Shown piece by piece: positions 45,539 to 55,030 of a DNA stretch of 64,000 nucleotides. The notes beneath the pieces are model-generated. The model had not been told where the DNA came from. It made no database searches and saw only the letters and a program-made list of their open reading frames with translations. The position numbers were made by a program, and so were the translations under genes. Source of the stretch: Candidatus Kaiserbacteria bacterium (GTDB taxonomy: Bacteria > Patescibacteriota > Minisyncoccia > Phycocordibacterales > UBA918). Within the stretch, counting starts at the first letter, position 1. Every line of letters starts with the position of its first letter. The DNA lies in contig JANPCG010000013.1 in the NCBI GenBank assembly GCA_031430855.1, forward strand, positions 182,893-246,892, given 5' to 3'.

Positions 45539-45646
45539 GTAATACAGAAGGGGTAAAGTTCGGTATACTATAGTCAGTAGGTGAGTAGCTGTCAGTTGTA
45601 GTCACTTACTATCATGAGGGTTTACTAACATAAGCCAATCCACGCT

Positions 45647-46009
45647 ATGTCATTTCCAACCATTGTATTTAAGTTTACCCATACGCCGGTGGTGTACCAA
45701 TTAGAAGACCTGGTTACACAAAAATTTCAGTCACTTGAGCGGTATGTAGGGGGTAAAACTGCTGTCCGGTGTGAAGTCGAGTTTGTGAAAGTTGCCCCGC
45801 ATCAGAATGGATCAATCTATCAAGTTGAAGTGAATCTATGGGTTGATGGTGTAATGTATCGGGCCGAAGCGGTAGAAGAAAGTTTTGATAAAGCAATTGA
45901 TGCGGTGCGGAGCGAACTTGATACTGAACTGGGGCGCGCTCGAACGAAACGAATGAGTCTCTTTCGTCGTGGTGCACGAAAAATGAAAGCGCTGATGCGG
46001 GGTGAATAA
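45647..46009 (+). CDS. hpf: ribosome hibernation-promoting factor (HPF/RaiA short form)
   Basis: About 120 aa with the LERY..., V.V.. and SFDKAIDAVRSELDTELGRARTKR pattern of the HPF/YfiA family. Confidence 0.6.
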   Translation: MSFPTIVFKFTHTPVVYQLEDLVTQKFQSLERYVGGKTAVRCEVEFVKVAPHQNGSIYQVEVNLWVDGVMYRAEAVEESFDKAIDAVRSELDTELGRARTKRMSLFRRGARKMKALMRGE

Positions 46010-46304
46010 AATAATTATGACAGAAAAATTTAGAGTCATTGAAGGCGGTAAAGCCCAAGACGGTAAAACCTTGCCGCGTGTTCACGAGAAAATTAAGCAC
46101 GCGATAATGCCATTTGCTCATTTTGATGATATGGCTACTGAAGTAGTTGATATCTCATACTATCGTGACTTCTCAAATGATGAACTAGCGTATGAGGTAG
46201 AATCGCTCACTGGTAAGTTGCAAGATCCGGGGGGAGAATTGAGTGATTTGTTGAGTCGAGCAATTGCCTTGGAAGCCTGTATTTCGTTACGAATTGGGTC
46301 TTAG
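46002..46304 (+). CDS. hypothetical protein
   Basis: 100-aa ORF, no family. Confidence 0.3.
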   Translation: MNKIIMTEKFRVIEGGKAQDGKTLPRVHEKIKHAIMPFAHFDDMATEVVDISYYRDFSNDELAYEVESLTGKLQDPGGELSDLLSRAIALEACISLRIGS

Positions 46305-47182
46305 GTTGAACGGAAGTAGGTATTCCAATCCATTTCGTTTTTACCCTCTGGAATGATGCGGGTAATCAAGAGTGACCCGTCTGCAGAGAGGTTCGCGTGT
46401 TTTATTTTGATACGTTTTCCCTCGTGGATAAAAAAGGTCTCAGGCCAACCAGCAAAAGCTCGAATTTTAAGTAACGCTTGATAGGCCTCATTTCCAGCCG
46501 GAAGGTCATATGGATCAATCGTCAATTCACTCATTGATTTATCTATTTTTGTACAAAACGTCGCCCCGGCATGGTTTTGAGGAGTGACAGTAATTTCTCC
46601 GGCAATCCACTGCGGGATTACTGAAGCTAATAGTGCCCCTCCTTGATGAGCGAGGCCTGTGTCCAAAACATTGCCAGGAACTGGCCAATGCTCGGGTGGA
46701 ATAGTTGCTAGAAGCTGCGCGATAATGGGACCATGATCTAATTCTGCATCCATTTGCATAATGGTTACTCCGGTTAAGCGCTCGTCGGTTAATATGGCGC
46801 TTCGAATCGGGCTCGCACCTCGTAGTTTTGGTAATAAAGAAGGATGAACATTTAAGACCCCATGTTTTGGGAGTTTGAGTATCCATTCGGGAATGAGCTT
46901 TCCATAGGCAGCGACAATTAAGAGGTCCCACGTTGTCTCGCTTAGTTCAGGTACTGCGGCGGGATCTTTGAGGGTGGTCGGTTGAATGACGGCAATGGAG
47001 TGTGCCTCCGCCCATACCTTGGCTTCAGGTGGAGTGAGTATCTGTTTTCGTCCCACGAGAGCATCAGGATTGGTTATTACGAGTGACGGTAGATACCCTG
47101 ACTCTCTCAGTTTATCGAGGACAATCGCAGCAATCTCCGGCGTTCCAAAAAAAGCAAATTTAAGGTTGTTAGTATTTTCCAT
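46301..47182 (-). CDS. fmt: methionyl-tRNA formyltransferase
   Basis: KFAFFGTPEIAA N-terminus, HPSLLPKLRGASPI motif and C-terminal Fmt domain. Start set at MENTNN; the ORF extends to 47212. Confidence 0.85.
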   Translation of the reverse strand: MENTNNLKFAFFGTPEIAAIVLDKLRESGYLPSLVITNPDALVGRKQILTPPEAKVWAEAHSIAVIQPTTLKDPAAVPELSETTWDLLIVAAYGKLIPEWILKLPKHGVLNVHPSLLPKLRGASPIRSAILTDERLTGVTIMQMDAELDHGPIIAQLLATIPPEHWPVPGNVLDTGLAHQGGALLASVIPQWIAGEITVTPQNHAGATFCTKIDKSMSELTIDPYDLPAGNEAYQALLKIRAFAGWPETFFIHEGKRIKIKHANLSADGSLLITRIIPEGKNEMDWNTYFRST

Positions 47183-47308
47183 AATCCAAACAACTATACC
47201 GCAACGAGCCATATCAGCAACCAGTGCCTCTTTATCATCTGCGGGGTCCGACCCCGCAGATATGGGTGACTATAATTTGTGATGTCATCCCTAATTTTTG
47301 GTTAGGAG

Positions 47309-47839
47309 TTACGCTGCTTCTTTAATTTCCTTATGCTTCTTGAGATCGTCTTTGTGCCAGACTTTCTCGGCTCGGTCGGTAAAGAGAATGCCGTCGAGGT
47401 GGTCGTACTCATGTTGGATAATTTGGGCCAAGAGAGTCCCCGCTCCACGTTCGTAGACCTTACCGTTCTCGTCGTAGGCACGTAACGTGACATTAGTTGA
47501 ACGCTTCACCAGTCCATAGTATTCAGGAATTGAGAGACAGCCTTCACCTACCTCGTGGGTTTTTTTGGAAAACTTAACAATCTTTGGGTTGATAGCTATG
47601 AGGGTGGGGAGGGCGTCACGGTCTTTACTCTGGTCTTCGATAATAAAAATGCGTTTCGAAACGCCAATTTGAGGAGCGGCAATAGCAACTGCGGTAAAGC
47701 CATCAACTTTGTATGACTTTAGCGCGCTCCGCATATCCTTGAGGATTTTTTTCACTGTCCCATCAGAAAACTCCGCTGGAGTGATTTCCTCGGCAATGGC
47801 ATGTAGGGCGGGATGGTTTGAGGGGACGAGAGTCGTCAT
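47309..47839 (-). CDS. def: peptide deformylase (copy 2, def-fmt arrangement)
   Basis: GFTAVAIAAPQIG, GEGCLSIP and QHEYDHLDG motifs. Start at MTTLVP; the ORF extends to 47890. Confidence 0.85.
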   Translation of the reverse strand: MTTLVPSNHPALHAIAEEITPAEFSDGTVKKILKDMRSALKSYKVDGFTAVAIAAPQIGVSKRIFIIEDQSKDRDALPTLIAINPKIVKFSKKTHEVGEGCLSIPEYYGLVKRSTNVTLRAYDENGKVYERGAGTLLAQIIQHEYDHLDGILFTDRAEKVWHKDDLKKHKEIKEAA

Positions 47840-47934
47840 AGGGTGGTTGTATGGGGTACTATAGCGTATTTGGTTATAAAAATGAAGCAAAACAACAACC
47901 GCAAGGTTGTATGTTTTGCTTCGTTCCCGTTGCT

Positions 47935-48035
47935 GTCATTCCTTACAGGAACAGTACACCCTTTGGATAGTTTCTTCAAAACTATCTCAAATGGTTTTGA
48001 AGAGTGACATTTAGTCACTCTTCAACCCAGGCAGA
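47935..48035 (+). repeat. structured repeat family 2, variant copy V
   Basis: CCTTACAGGAACAGTACACC ... GAAGAGTGACATTTAGTCACTCTTC-AACCCAGGCAG, preceded by CCGCAAGGTTG. Confidence 0.45.
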
Positions 48036-48143
48036 ATCGCTGGAACATCTGCTCTAAATTACTTAAAACTGTATCCGAAGTAATACTCTACAAGTGATAT
48101 AGAAAGCCGCGCAGCCCATGGTGTGGGTGCGCGGCGCAGGGGA

Positions 48144-48809
48144 TTACGGTAGCAACGGTTCGATCTTGATGGCGCGGACCATCCGTTTGATGGTGGTGCG
48201 AGCAGTTTCAAGTTCCTTGTCGAGCTGTTCCAGTTCGTCACCGAAGAAGAGTTGGTAGAGGCTTGATTTGATCCCTGCAATCATGAGTTGCGGCAGGCTC
48301 TTTAAAGCCTGCCAACCTTCGAGTCCGATGATGATCCAGAAGATTGGACCCAAGACGGTGCCGGCCAGGGTCAAGATTAGTAGACCAAGTCCGCCCCAGA
48401 ACGCGTCGTTGTCACGCTTGGTGAGAATTTGCTTCTTCTGACGGTCCACGTGCTGCTCGTAGTTGTGGATCAAGGGCTTGAGCCCGGTCTCCATTTTCGT
48501 TGCGAGGATATCGCGGTCGATGGCAGGGTAGGCTGACCGGACTACAATGCGTGGTCGGGCCTGCTTGCCTGCGTTGAGGGCGTCTTCAAATGCCCTAAGG
48601 TCAAACGACAGCGTGTAGTCTTCTGGATCGGTGCTCGCATGGTTGCAGGTCACTTCGACCAAGATCGGCGTAAAGGTTTGGTCGAGGCGATCCAAGATGC
48701 CCCCGAAGTTGGTCGACGTAATAGTTTCAGTGACACTCGATAGGACGCTGTTTATTGCCGCCGAGGTGGCTTTTCCGGCAATTGAAAAAGCTTTCGCAAT
48801 GAGGCTCAT
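48144..48809 (-). CDS. hypothetical protein (GC-rich, inserted between priA-like and def)
   Basis: About 55% GC, one or two TM helices, no family. Confidence 0.4.
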   Translation of the reverse strand: MSLIAKAFSIAGKATSAAINSVLSSVTETITSTNFGGILDRLDQTFTPILVEVTCNHASTDPEDYTLSFDLRAFEDALNAGKQARPRIVVRSAYPAIDRDILATKMETGLKPLIHNYEQHVDRQKKQILTKRDNDAFWGGLGLLILTLAGTVLGPIFWIIIGLEGWQALKSLPQLMIAGIKSSLYQLFFGDELEQLDKELETARTTIKRMVRAIKIEPLLP

Positions 48810-48880
48810 GTTCGTGACTCCGGTTTTGGTTGGGATGTTCTTCTGTTTAGTATAATGTCACAAAAATAGCAAAAGTCAAT

Positions 48881-50800
48881 CTACACAATGCGATCGGGGT
48901 TAATAGTAATTTGAATATAAGGTGGTAAATGTCGCAGAGTCTCTACGACCGTTTTTAGAGCATCGTTGGTATTGAGACGAATGAGGCAATGACGTAACGG
49001 TTGGTTCGGCGTTGAGGTCGGATTGGTGTAGAACTGTCCGGTCACCCCGGTCGGCATAAGGACTCGTTTAATGAGGGCTTCCGTATCAGTCACAATTTGT
49101 TGACTGCCTTGCCAGGACAAGAACACAAACGTTGAAAAGGGAGGATACTTGAGCATTTGGCGTAAATCAATTTCATCATCATGAAAGCGGTCAACGGCAC
49201 CCATCGAGGCATAGAGTAATAAGTCATCTGTTTCGCTCCGGGTTTGGACCATAACCTCGCGAGCAGTTTGTTCGCGCAGGCTCAACATCAAGCGAAACAC
49301 TGACTCATCAGCGCGCCAGGAAGGTACGGTGCGCACCGCATCCAAGGAGACAATCGCCGAGAGGTGAATATTCGAAGGAAAATACGGCATCACCATTTGT
49401 GTCCCTAAAAGGATAGCGCCTTTCTGTTTTTCAAACTCGGCTTTCATTCCCGCACTTCGTTTGTGAGTGGTGGCTGTGGTGTGGTCAAAAACCGTCAGGG
49501 GTACTTGGGGGAACTTCTTGCGGCATTCATCTTCCACTTGCTGAATCCCAATCCCACGTTCGCGCAGTCGCCACGAACCACACTGTGCGCAGGTGTCAGC
49601 AGCACGCACTCGCCTGCCCGAAGTAGAGGAAATGAACCAGCGTTCTTCGGCGCCGTCAGCCGCGCGAGAACGAATGAGAGAATAGGGAGTGTTCGAATCA
49701 GGACAGCGAAAAATATAGCCACAATCAAAACATGCAACAACGGGTGCGAGGCCTCGCCTCGCAGCGTAGAGGAATACATTATGACGTCCCTCGAGAGTGG
49801 TTTTAATACGGGTAACCAATTCAGGACTAAAAAGTTGAAATGGTGTTTCGGTAGTCGGTTTGTCCGTTTGACTAATTATGGTTAATTTGGCAGGTAGAGA
49901 AAGCCGCTTGGGGTGCTCTCCGTGGGTTTGATAGATATCTTCGCGACGTTTGTACTCATCCTCAGTCCGGGTCAGGGTATCACCTAAAATTATGGTTCGA
50001 CCTGACACTTTGGCGAGGATTTTAAGTACCTCACGATGATCGAGGTTTGGGCGAGTACGCATCACATAGTGCGGACTGGCTGCTTCATCAATAATAATTG
50101 TGGTGAAGTCTGGTCGATCGAGGTAGGCAAAACTCGGAGTGGCGATTGTTAATGTAGCGCGCGAGAGATCTCCAAACGCTGCGTACGCTTTTTGTCGTTC
50201 ACTTTTACTCTGGGTACTGGAGAAACGAATCACCCGTTCAGCAATTCCATGAGAGAGCGACTCATACGCTGCGTTGACTTGTGGGCTAGTTGGCACGACC
50301 AGCAGTACCGAACCTCGATGAGCAAAGGCACTCCGAATGGCGCTCTGGTAGCTCACGAATCGTTCGGCGGTTGGTGCAGAGAGTATTTGTGGAATGCTGT
50401 CTTCATTACCTAAACTGGTTCCGCTATTCGGAAATGGTAAATCACCACTCCTCACGTCGGGTGGTAAAAGGGCATACAGCAGGGCACCTTTTTTGGCTGG
50501 CACGACGGCGACGAGTTCATCAACAGCAGAGAGTAGGGTGCCCGAGATGCTGGTCGTGCTTGTTTGTGGTGGTAGTTTACGTAACGAAAACGTGGCTGCC
50601 TTCAAGGCAGTTTTTGTACTCGATACGGGATTACTATCAACCACAATACCCTGCATAGTTTTGCCTCGAACGGGGATTGTGACAATTGCTCCAAGCTGAT
50701 ACGTGGTGCTTGAGAAGTACGATAACGAGTCAATATGTGTGCCGCGGACGAGGGGAATGACTTCAATAACGAACATTAGGGGTAGTATACCAATAAGCAA
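48881..50800 (-). CDS. priA: primosomal protein N' (PriA)-like, helicase motifs apparently degenerate
   Basis: C4 zinc ribbon CFDCGY...CAQCGSW. LLVVPTSPQ and IIIDEAASPHY align to PriA motifs Ia and II, but no GxGKT Walker A was found and DEEH reads DEAA. Confidence 0.5.
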   Translation of the reverse strand: MLIGILPLMFVIEVIPLVRGTHIDSLSYFSSTTYQLGAIVTIPVRGKTMQGIVVDSNPVSSTKTALKAATFSLRKLPPQTSTTSISGTLLSAVDELVAVVPAKKGALLYALLPPDVRSGDLPFPNSGTSLGNEDSIPQILSAPTAERFVSYQSAIRSAFAHRGSVLLVVPTSPQVNAAYESLSHGIAERVIRFSSTQSKSERQKAYAAFGDLSRATLTIATPSFAYLDRPDFTTIIIDEAASPHYVMRTRPNLDHREVLKILAKVSGRTIILGDTLTRTEDEYKRREDIYQTHGEHPKRLSLPAKLTIISQTDKPTTETPFQLFSPELVTRIKTTLEGRHNVFLYAARRGLAPVVACFDCGYIFRCPDSNTPYSLIRSRAADGAEERWFISSTSGRRVRAADTCAQCGSWRLRERGIGIQQVEDECRKKFPQVPLTVFDHTTATTHKRSAGMKAEFEKQKGAILLGTQMVMPYFPSNIHLSAIVSLDAVRTVPSWRADESVFRLMLSLREQTAREVMVQTRSETDDLLLYASMGAVDRFHDDEIDLRQMLKYPPFSTFVFLSWQGSQQIVTDTEALIKRVLMPTGVTGQFYTNPTSTPNQPLRHCLIRLNTNDALKTVVETLRHLPPYIQITINPDRIV

Positions 50801-50884
50801 AACAACATGCGACTGCTGGAGAGAATTTTAAAAAAAGATTAATCGGCCGCACCCTTGGGTGCGGCCGACCTCGTGCCTGCGACT

Positions 50885-51403
50885 TCAGAATGGTATTTCG
50901 TCCTCGCCGTCATCCTCGTAGACTGGCGGGTTATCAATTCGGTATTTGATTTCAGTGACCATCGCCTCAAAGTCAAAGTCCGCGATGGATTTCCACATCC
51001 GCCGACGGGATTTGGTATACGGATTGTCTTGCAAGTGGAGGTATTCTCCGTACCGCGGCAGCCACATGACTTTATCGAAGGTGTCTCTTGGGCCAATAAA
51101 GATTTCCTCGTACGCTCCGCCTTGGTACGTTACATGTACCTTGTACCCACTAAAGCGAGGAATGTTCGAGCGTAAGACCTCTGTGGTAAGTGTAAGCTGC
51201 CGCATGTTCGCAGCCGCCTTCAACTTTTCGGTAACAATGGCCGCCGTCGCTGTCGCTTGCTCGTAATTGAATTCACTGCGGATGCGGCGCAGTGCTGATT
51301 CCCCGCGACTCACAAACGAACCGAGACCTTGCTTCGACTTCCATTCTTTATGAATGTTCCGGATAGCTGTACGGAACAATTTATTCATGCGCTGTTCGTC
51401 CAT
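50885..51403 (-). CDS. hypothetical protein
   Basis: 172 aa, no family. Co-directional and upstream of the priA-like gene. Confidence 0.35.
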   Translation of the reverse strand: MDEQRMNKLFRTAIRNIHKEWKSKQGLGSFVSRGESALRRIRSEFNYEQATATAAIVTEKLKAAANMRQLTLTTEVLRSNIPRFSGYKVHVTYQGGAYEEIFIGPRDTFDKVMWLPRYGEYLHLQDNPYTKSRRRMWKSIADFDFEAMVTEIKYRIDNPPVYEDDGEDEIPF

Positions 51404-51463
51404 CGCGTGTCATCCTCTCGTGTGAACTGTTTGCGCTACTGTACCAAGACCTATATCCAAAGT

Positions 51464-52963
51464 CTAGAACTCGTCGAGATAGTTGATTTGTGCTCCCAGG
51501 CTTGCGAGGCGCGCAACGAGGTTCTCGTACCCGCGATTGATACTGTAGATGTTGCGCAGGACTGAACGTCCTTGGGCGCCGAGCATGGCAATTAAGAGGA
51601 TGGTAGCGGGTCGGAGGGCTGGTGGGCAGATGAGTTCAGCGGCACGGAGTGAGGTCGGGCCCGTGATATAGATTCGGTGTGGGTCGGCGAGCACCGTATC
51701 AGCGCCAAGCTTCTCAAGTTCGGTAAAATATATCGCTCGCTTTTCATACATCCAGTCATGAATAAGGGTCTGTCCACTGGCTTGGGTCGCTATGACGGCA
51801 AAGAAGGGGAGATTATCTGCGTTAAGACCCGGGTATGGACGCGAGTGTACTTTCTCAGGCGAAGCATGTAGTTTGCTCGGTTTGATTTTGAGGTCGACTA
51901 ATTTGGTCTGGCCATTATGGGAAAAATACGGTTTTGTGGCAGTATATTGTAATCCCATTTTTTCAAGGACTAAGAGCTCTAGTTCAAGAAATTCAATCGG
52001 AGCGCGTGTGATAGTAATAGCTGAGTTTGTGACAATCGCTGCTGCAATAAAGAACATACTATCAGTTGGGTCTTCAGCGAGGGTGTATTCAAGATTCTGG
52101 TGAATATCAGAAACGCCGGTGACAGTAAGCGTGGTGGTACCAATGCCGTCAATCTGAACGCCAAACAATTTTAAGAATACACAGATCTCCTGCACCATGT
52201 AGTTTGCTGATGCATATTTAATAATGGTGGTGCTCGGTGTCCGGGCCGCGGCAAAAAGTGCATTTTCGGTTACGGTATCGCCTGATTCATAGAGAATAAT
52301 CTCAGTCGGCTTTTTTGCGTCGTATTGCACCTTAAAGGCATCTTCGGTGGTTTCTATGCTCACGCCAAAATGCTCCAGGGCATAAAAATGAGGACGCACG
52401 GTACGACTCCCGAGCTTGCAACCACCGGATTGGGGGAGCGAGAACTGATTAAAGGTGTGAATCAGTGATCCAATAAACATGACAATACTGCGAGTCTTGC
52501 GCGCCGCCTCAATATTAATTTTTTTGAGGTCATATTTTTTAGGTGGTTCAAGGGTGAGAGTGCTTCCGGTCCACGTAATGCGCATTCCAATACTCTCGAG
52601 AACTTCGACGATGCGGTATACCTCTTCGATTTTTGGCATATGGTGCAAAGTGGTCGTGCCGCGATTCAAGAGTGATGCGCACAAGAGCCCCACAGCTCCA
52701 TTTTTGCTCGTATTTGTTTCAATGGTGCCTGACAATTTCTTTTGGCCGACAATTTCTACATTCACGGTCCCGGGGGAAAGGGTAATCAGGTTTTTGCCGA
52801 GGGCATGACTGATTTTCTTTAACATCTCGGCACTAATGTTCTGAGTGCCTGATTCGAGGCGTGCGACGGCACTTTGGGTTGTTTTTAGTTTTTTTGCTAA
52901 CGCCGTTTGGGTGAGTCCAACTGATTCCCGCAAATCCGAGATACGATTACCGATGTTTTCCAT
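51464..52963 (-). CDS. murA: XRE-type HTH domain fused to UDP-GlcNAc 1-carboxyvinyltransferase (MurA/EPT fold)
   Basis: N-terminal LTQTALAKKLKTTQSAVARLESG (HTH_XRE), then MurA-like KLSGTIETNTSKNGAVGLL and active-site Cys in SGGCKLGSR. Start set at MENIGN; the ORF extends to 53044. Confidence 0.6.
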   Translation of the reverse strand: MENIGNRISDLRESVGLTQTALAKKLKTTQSAVARLESGTQNISAEMLKKISHALGKNLITLSPGTVNVEIVGQKKLSGTIETNTSKNGAVGLLCASLLNRGTTTLHHMPKIEEVYRIVEVLESIGMRITWTGSTLTLEPPKKYDLKKINIEAARKTRSIVMFIGSLIHTFNQFSLPQSGGCKLGSRTVRPHFYALEHFGVSIETTEDAFKVQYDAKKPTEIILYESGDTVTENALFAAARTPSTTIIKYASANYMVQEICVFLKLFGVQIDGIGTTTLTVTGVSDIHQNLEYTLAEDPTDSMFFIAAAIVTNSAITITRAPIEFLELELLVLEKMGLQYTATKPYFSHNGQTKLVDLKIKPSKLHASPEKVHSRPYPGLNADNLPFFAVIATQASGQTLIHDWMYEKRAIYFTELEKLGADTVLADPHRIYITGPTSLRAAELICPPALRPATILLIAMLGAQGRSVLRNIYSINRGYENLVARLASLGAQINYLDEF

Positions 52964-53049
52964 ATTTTTACAACATAGCATATCTGCTATGTTGGTGTCA
53001 TTGTTATAATGGTGGAAAACCAGTGGTGGTGGTACACTGTGCACGCTAT

Positions 53050-54063
53050 ATGTTTGATAGATTTACGCCCAAAGTTGGCATCGATCTCGGTACCACGAGT
53101 GTGTTGGTATTTGTGCCTGGACAGGGCATAGTGCTGAACGAGCCGTCGGTAGTTGCTGTCGGTGAAAACAACCAAGTCTTGGCCGTCGGAGCCGAAGCCA
53201 AGCGCATGATTGGACGAACTCCCGAGAGTATTCGAGCTTATCGTCCGATGAAAGACGGCGTAATTGCTGATTACCGCGTGACCGAGGCGATGTTACGTTA
53301 CTTCCTTGGTAAGGCGCTCAGTCGTTACAATCTCTTTAAACCTGATGTGATGGTGTCGGTACCGGCGGGAGTGACCTCGACTGAACGTCGAGCCGTGGTA
53401 GAAGCTACGATTAAAGCGGGCGCTCGCAATGCCTACGTGGTCAAGGAGCCAATTCTTGCCGCCATTGGTGCCGGGGTTCCGATCTATGAGCCGCAGGGCC
53501 ACATGATTGTCGATATTGGCGGTGGCACAACTGACGTGGCGGTTATATCGCTTGGTGGAATTGTAGCGTCTAATTCAGTCAAATGTGCGGGCAATCGGAT
53601 TGATGCCGCTATCATCAACTTTGTGAAAAAATCACGAAATCTCTCAATCGGAGAAAAGACGGCGGAAGAAGTAAAAATTAAAGTCGGGTCGGCCCTACCC
53701 CTCGAGGAGGAGTTGGTCATGGATCTCAAAGGTCGAGATGTGTTCACGGGGCTACCGCGTACGACTGAAATCCGGACAAATGAAGTCGTGCGAGCAATCT
53801 CAGGCGAGTTACGAGAAATGATTAAAGCAATCAAAGATGTATTTCAAGACACTCCACCCGAGTTGGCGTCAGATATTATTGATGGCGGGATTATTATGAC
53901 GGGAGGTACGTCACAGCTGCGCAATTTTCCCGAGTTAGTAAAACGCCGGACAGGCGTTAAGGCACAGCTTGCGGACCAGGCCTTGTTTTGTGTGGTGAAG
54001 GGGACGGGAGTGGCTTTGGAACATCTGGCTACCTACAAACGCGCCATCCTCACAAAACGTTAA
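53050..54063 (+). CDS. mreB: rod shape-determining protein MreB
   Basis: VGIDLGTTSVLV phosphate-1 motif. Actin-fold, 337 aa. Confidence 0.9.
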   Translation: MFDRFTPKVGIDLGTTSVLVFVPGQGIVLNEPSVVAVGENNQVLAVGAEAKRMIGRTPESIRAYRPMKDGVIADYRVTEAMLRYFLGKALSRYNLFKPDVMVSVPAGVTSTERRAVVEATIKAGARNAYVVKEPILAAIGAGVPIYEPQGHMIVDIGGGTTDVAVISLGGIVASNSVKCAGNRIDAAIINFVKKSRNLSIGEKTAEEVKIKVGSALPLEEELVMDLKGRDVFTGLPRTTEIRTNEVVRAISGELREMIKAIKDVFQDTPPELASDIIDGGIIMTGGTSQLRNFPELVKRRTGVKAQLADQALFCVVKGTGVALEHLATYKRAILTKR

Positions 54064-54392
54064 TTTTTGCGAATAGCTTTGTCGAGTCGGTAATTTTATC
54101 AGGCAACGTATTACTAAGTACGTCTTCTTCTAAAATTACCGTCTCTCCGCGCTCTTCATCAAAAATAATCGTTTTTGTACCAAAGCGCTAATTTTTTAAA
54201 ATTACTTTGCCGCAGCAAGAATTTATTCAGTCCACGTACTATTCAGTGCGACTTCTTCCAAAATCCTCAACTCCCCGCACTCTTTATCAAAAGGTAACAT
54301 TTCAAAAAAACAGCGTGTGTGTTTATCTGTGGTTGACTTATAGAGGTCTGGTCGCTATGATGCCGCACGGAGCCACTAAACATTGGTGGTGA

Positions 54393-54770
54393 TTGCACAA
54401 AGACAAGGGGAACGTTATGTTTGGATGGAATGTAGTTTTAAGTGTGATGGTCGTTGCTATCGCTGTGGGGTTGCTTTACCTCACTTGGAAGCAGTACCAA
54501 CAACCGGCACACTTTCGCGTCACGCGAATGACTGATGAAATGATCCGTGCGTACTTGGATTCCCGAGTGCTCTATGGTGTCTGTGCGGCACTCTGTATTC
54601 TGTCGGTCGCTGCTTCGATCCTGATTCTGATCTGGAACGGAGTTGGTGCGCTGGTGGTGGTACCGTTTGCTGTCACATCGGTACTTGTCCTCGGGATTCT
54701 GTTCCTTGCGGAGATGATTCAGCGTCATGAATTTTGCCGCCCGACGCGGTCAAAGAAAACGACTGCGTGA
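54393..54770 (+). CDS. small membrane protein, hypothetical
   Basis: Three hydrophobic helices. Confidence 0.35.
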   Translation: MHKDKGNVMFGWNVVLSVMVVAIAVGLLYLTWKQYQQPAHFRVTRMTDEMIRAYLDSRVLYGVCAALCILSVAASILILIWNGVGALVVVPFAVTSVLVLGILFLAEMIQRHEFCRPTRSKKTTA

Positions 54771-55030
54771 GACGGTGTCACGAGCGCACTACGGTGCTCG
54801 TAATGAAAGGTGGACGGTCCATTCTGGGACCGTCCTTTCTTTATGTCTTTTTGGTAGTACTTATTCTGAACAGGCAAGACCTGTGCAAAATCTATTTGTT
54901 ATTAATAGGAGAGAGGCTAGACAAAAAGGTATAAAAACGGTATTGTATTCGGGTTTTCGGGCGCGCCCATGTTAGATGCGCGCCTTTCTCTGTTTAGTAA
55001 GGGCAGGAAACGTTAATTTTTAATCTTTAT

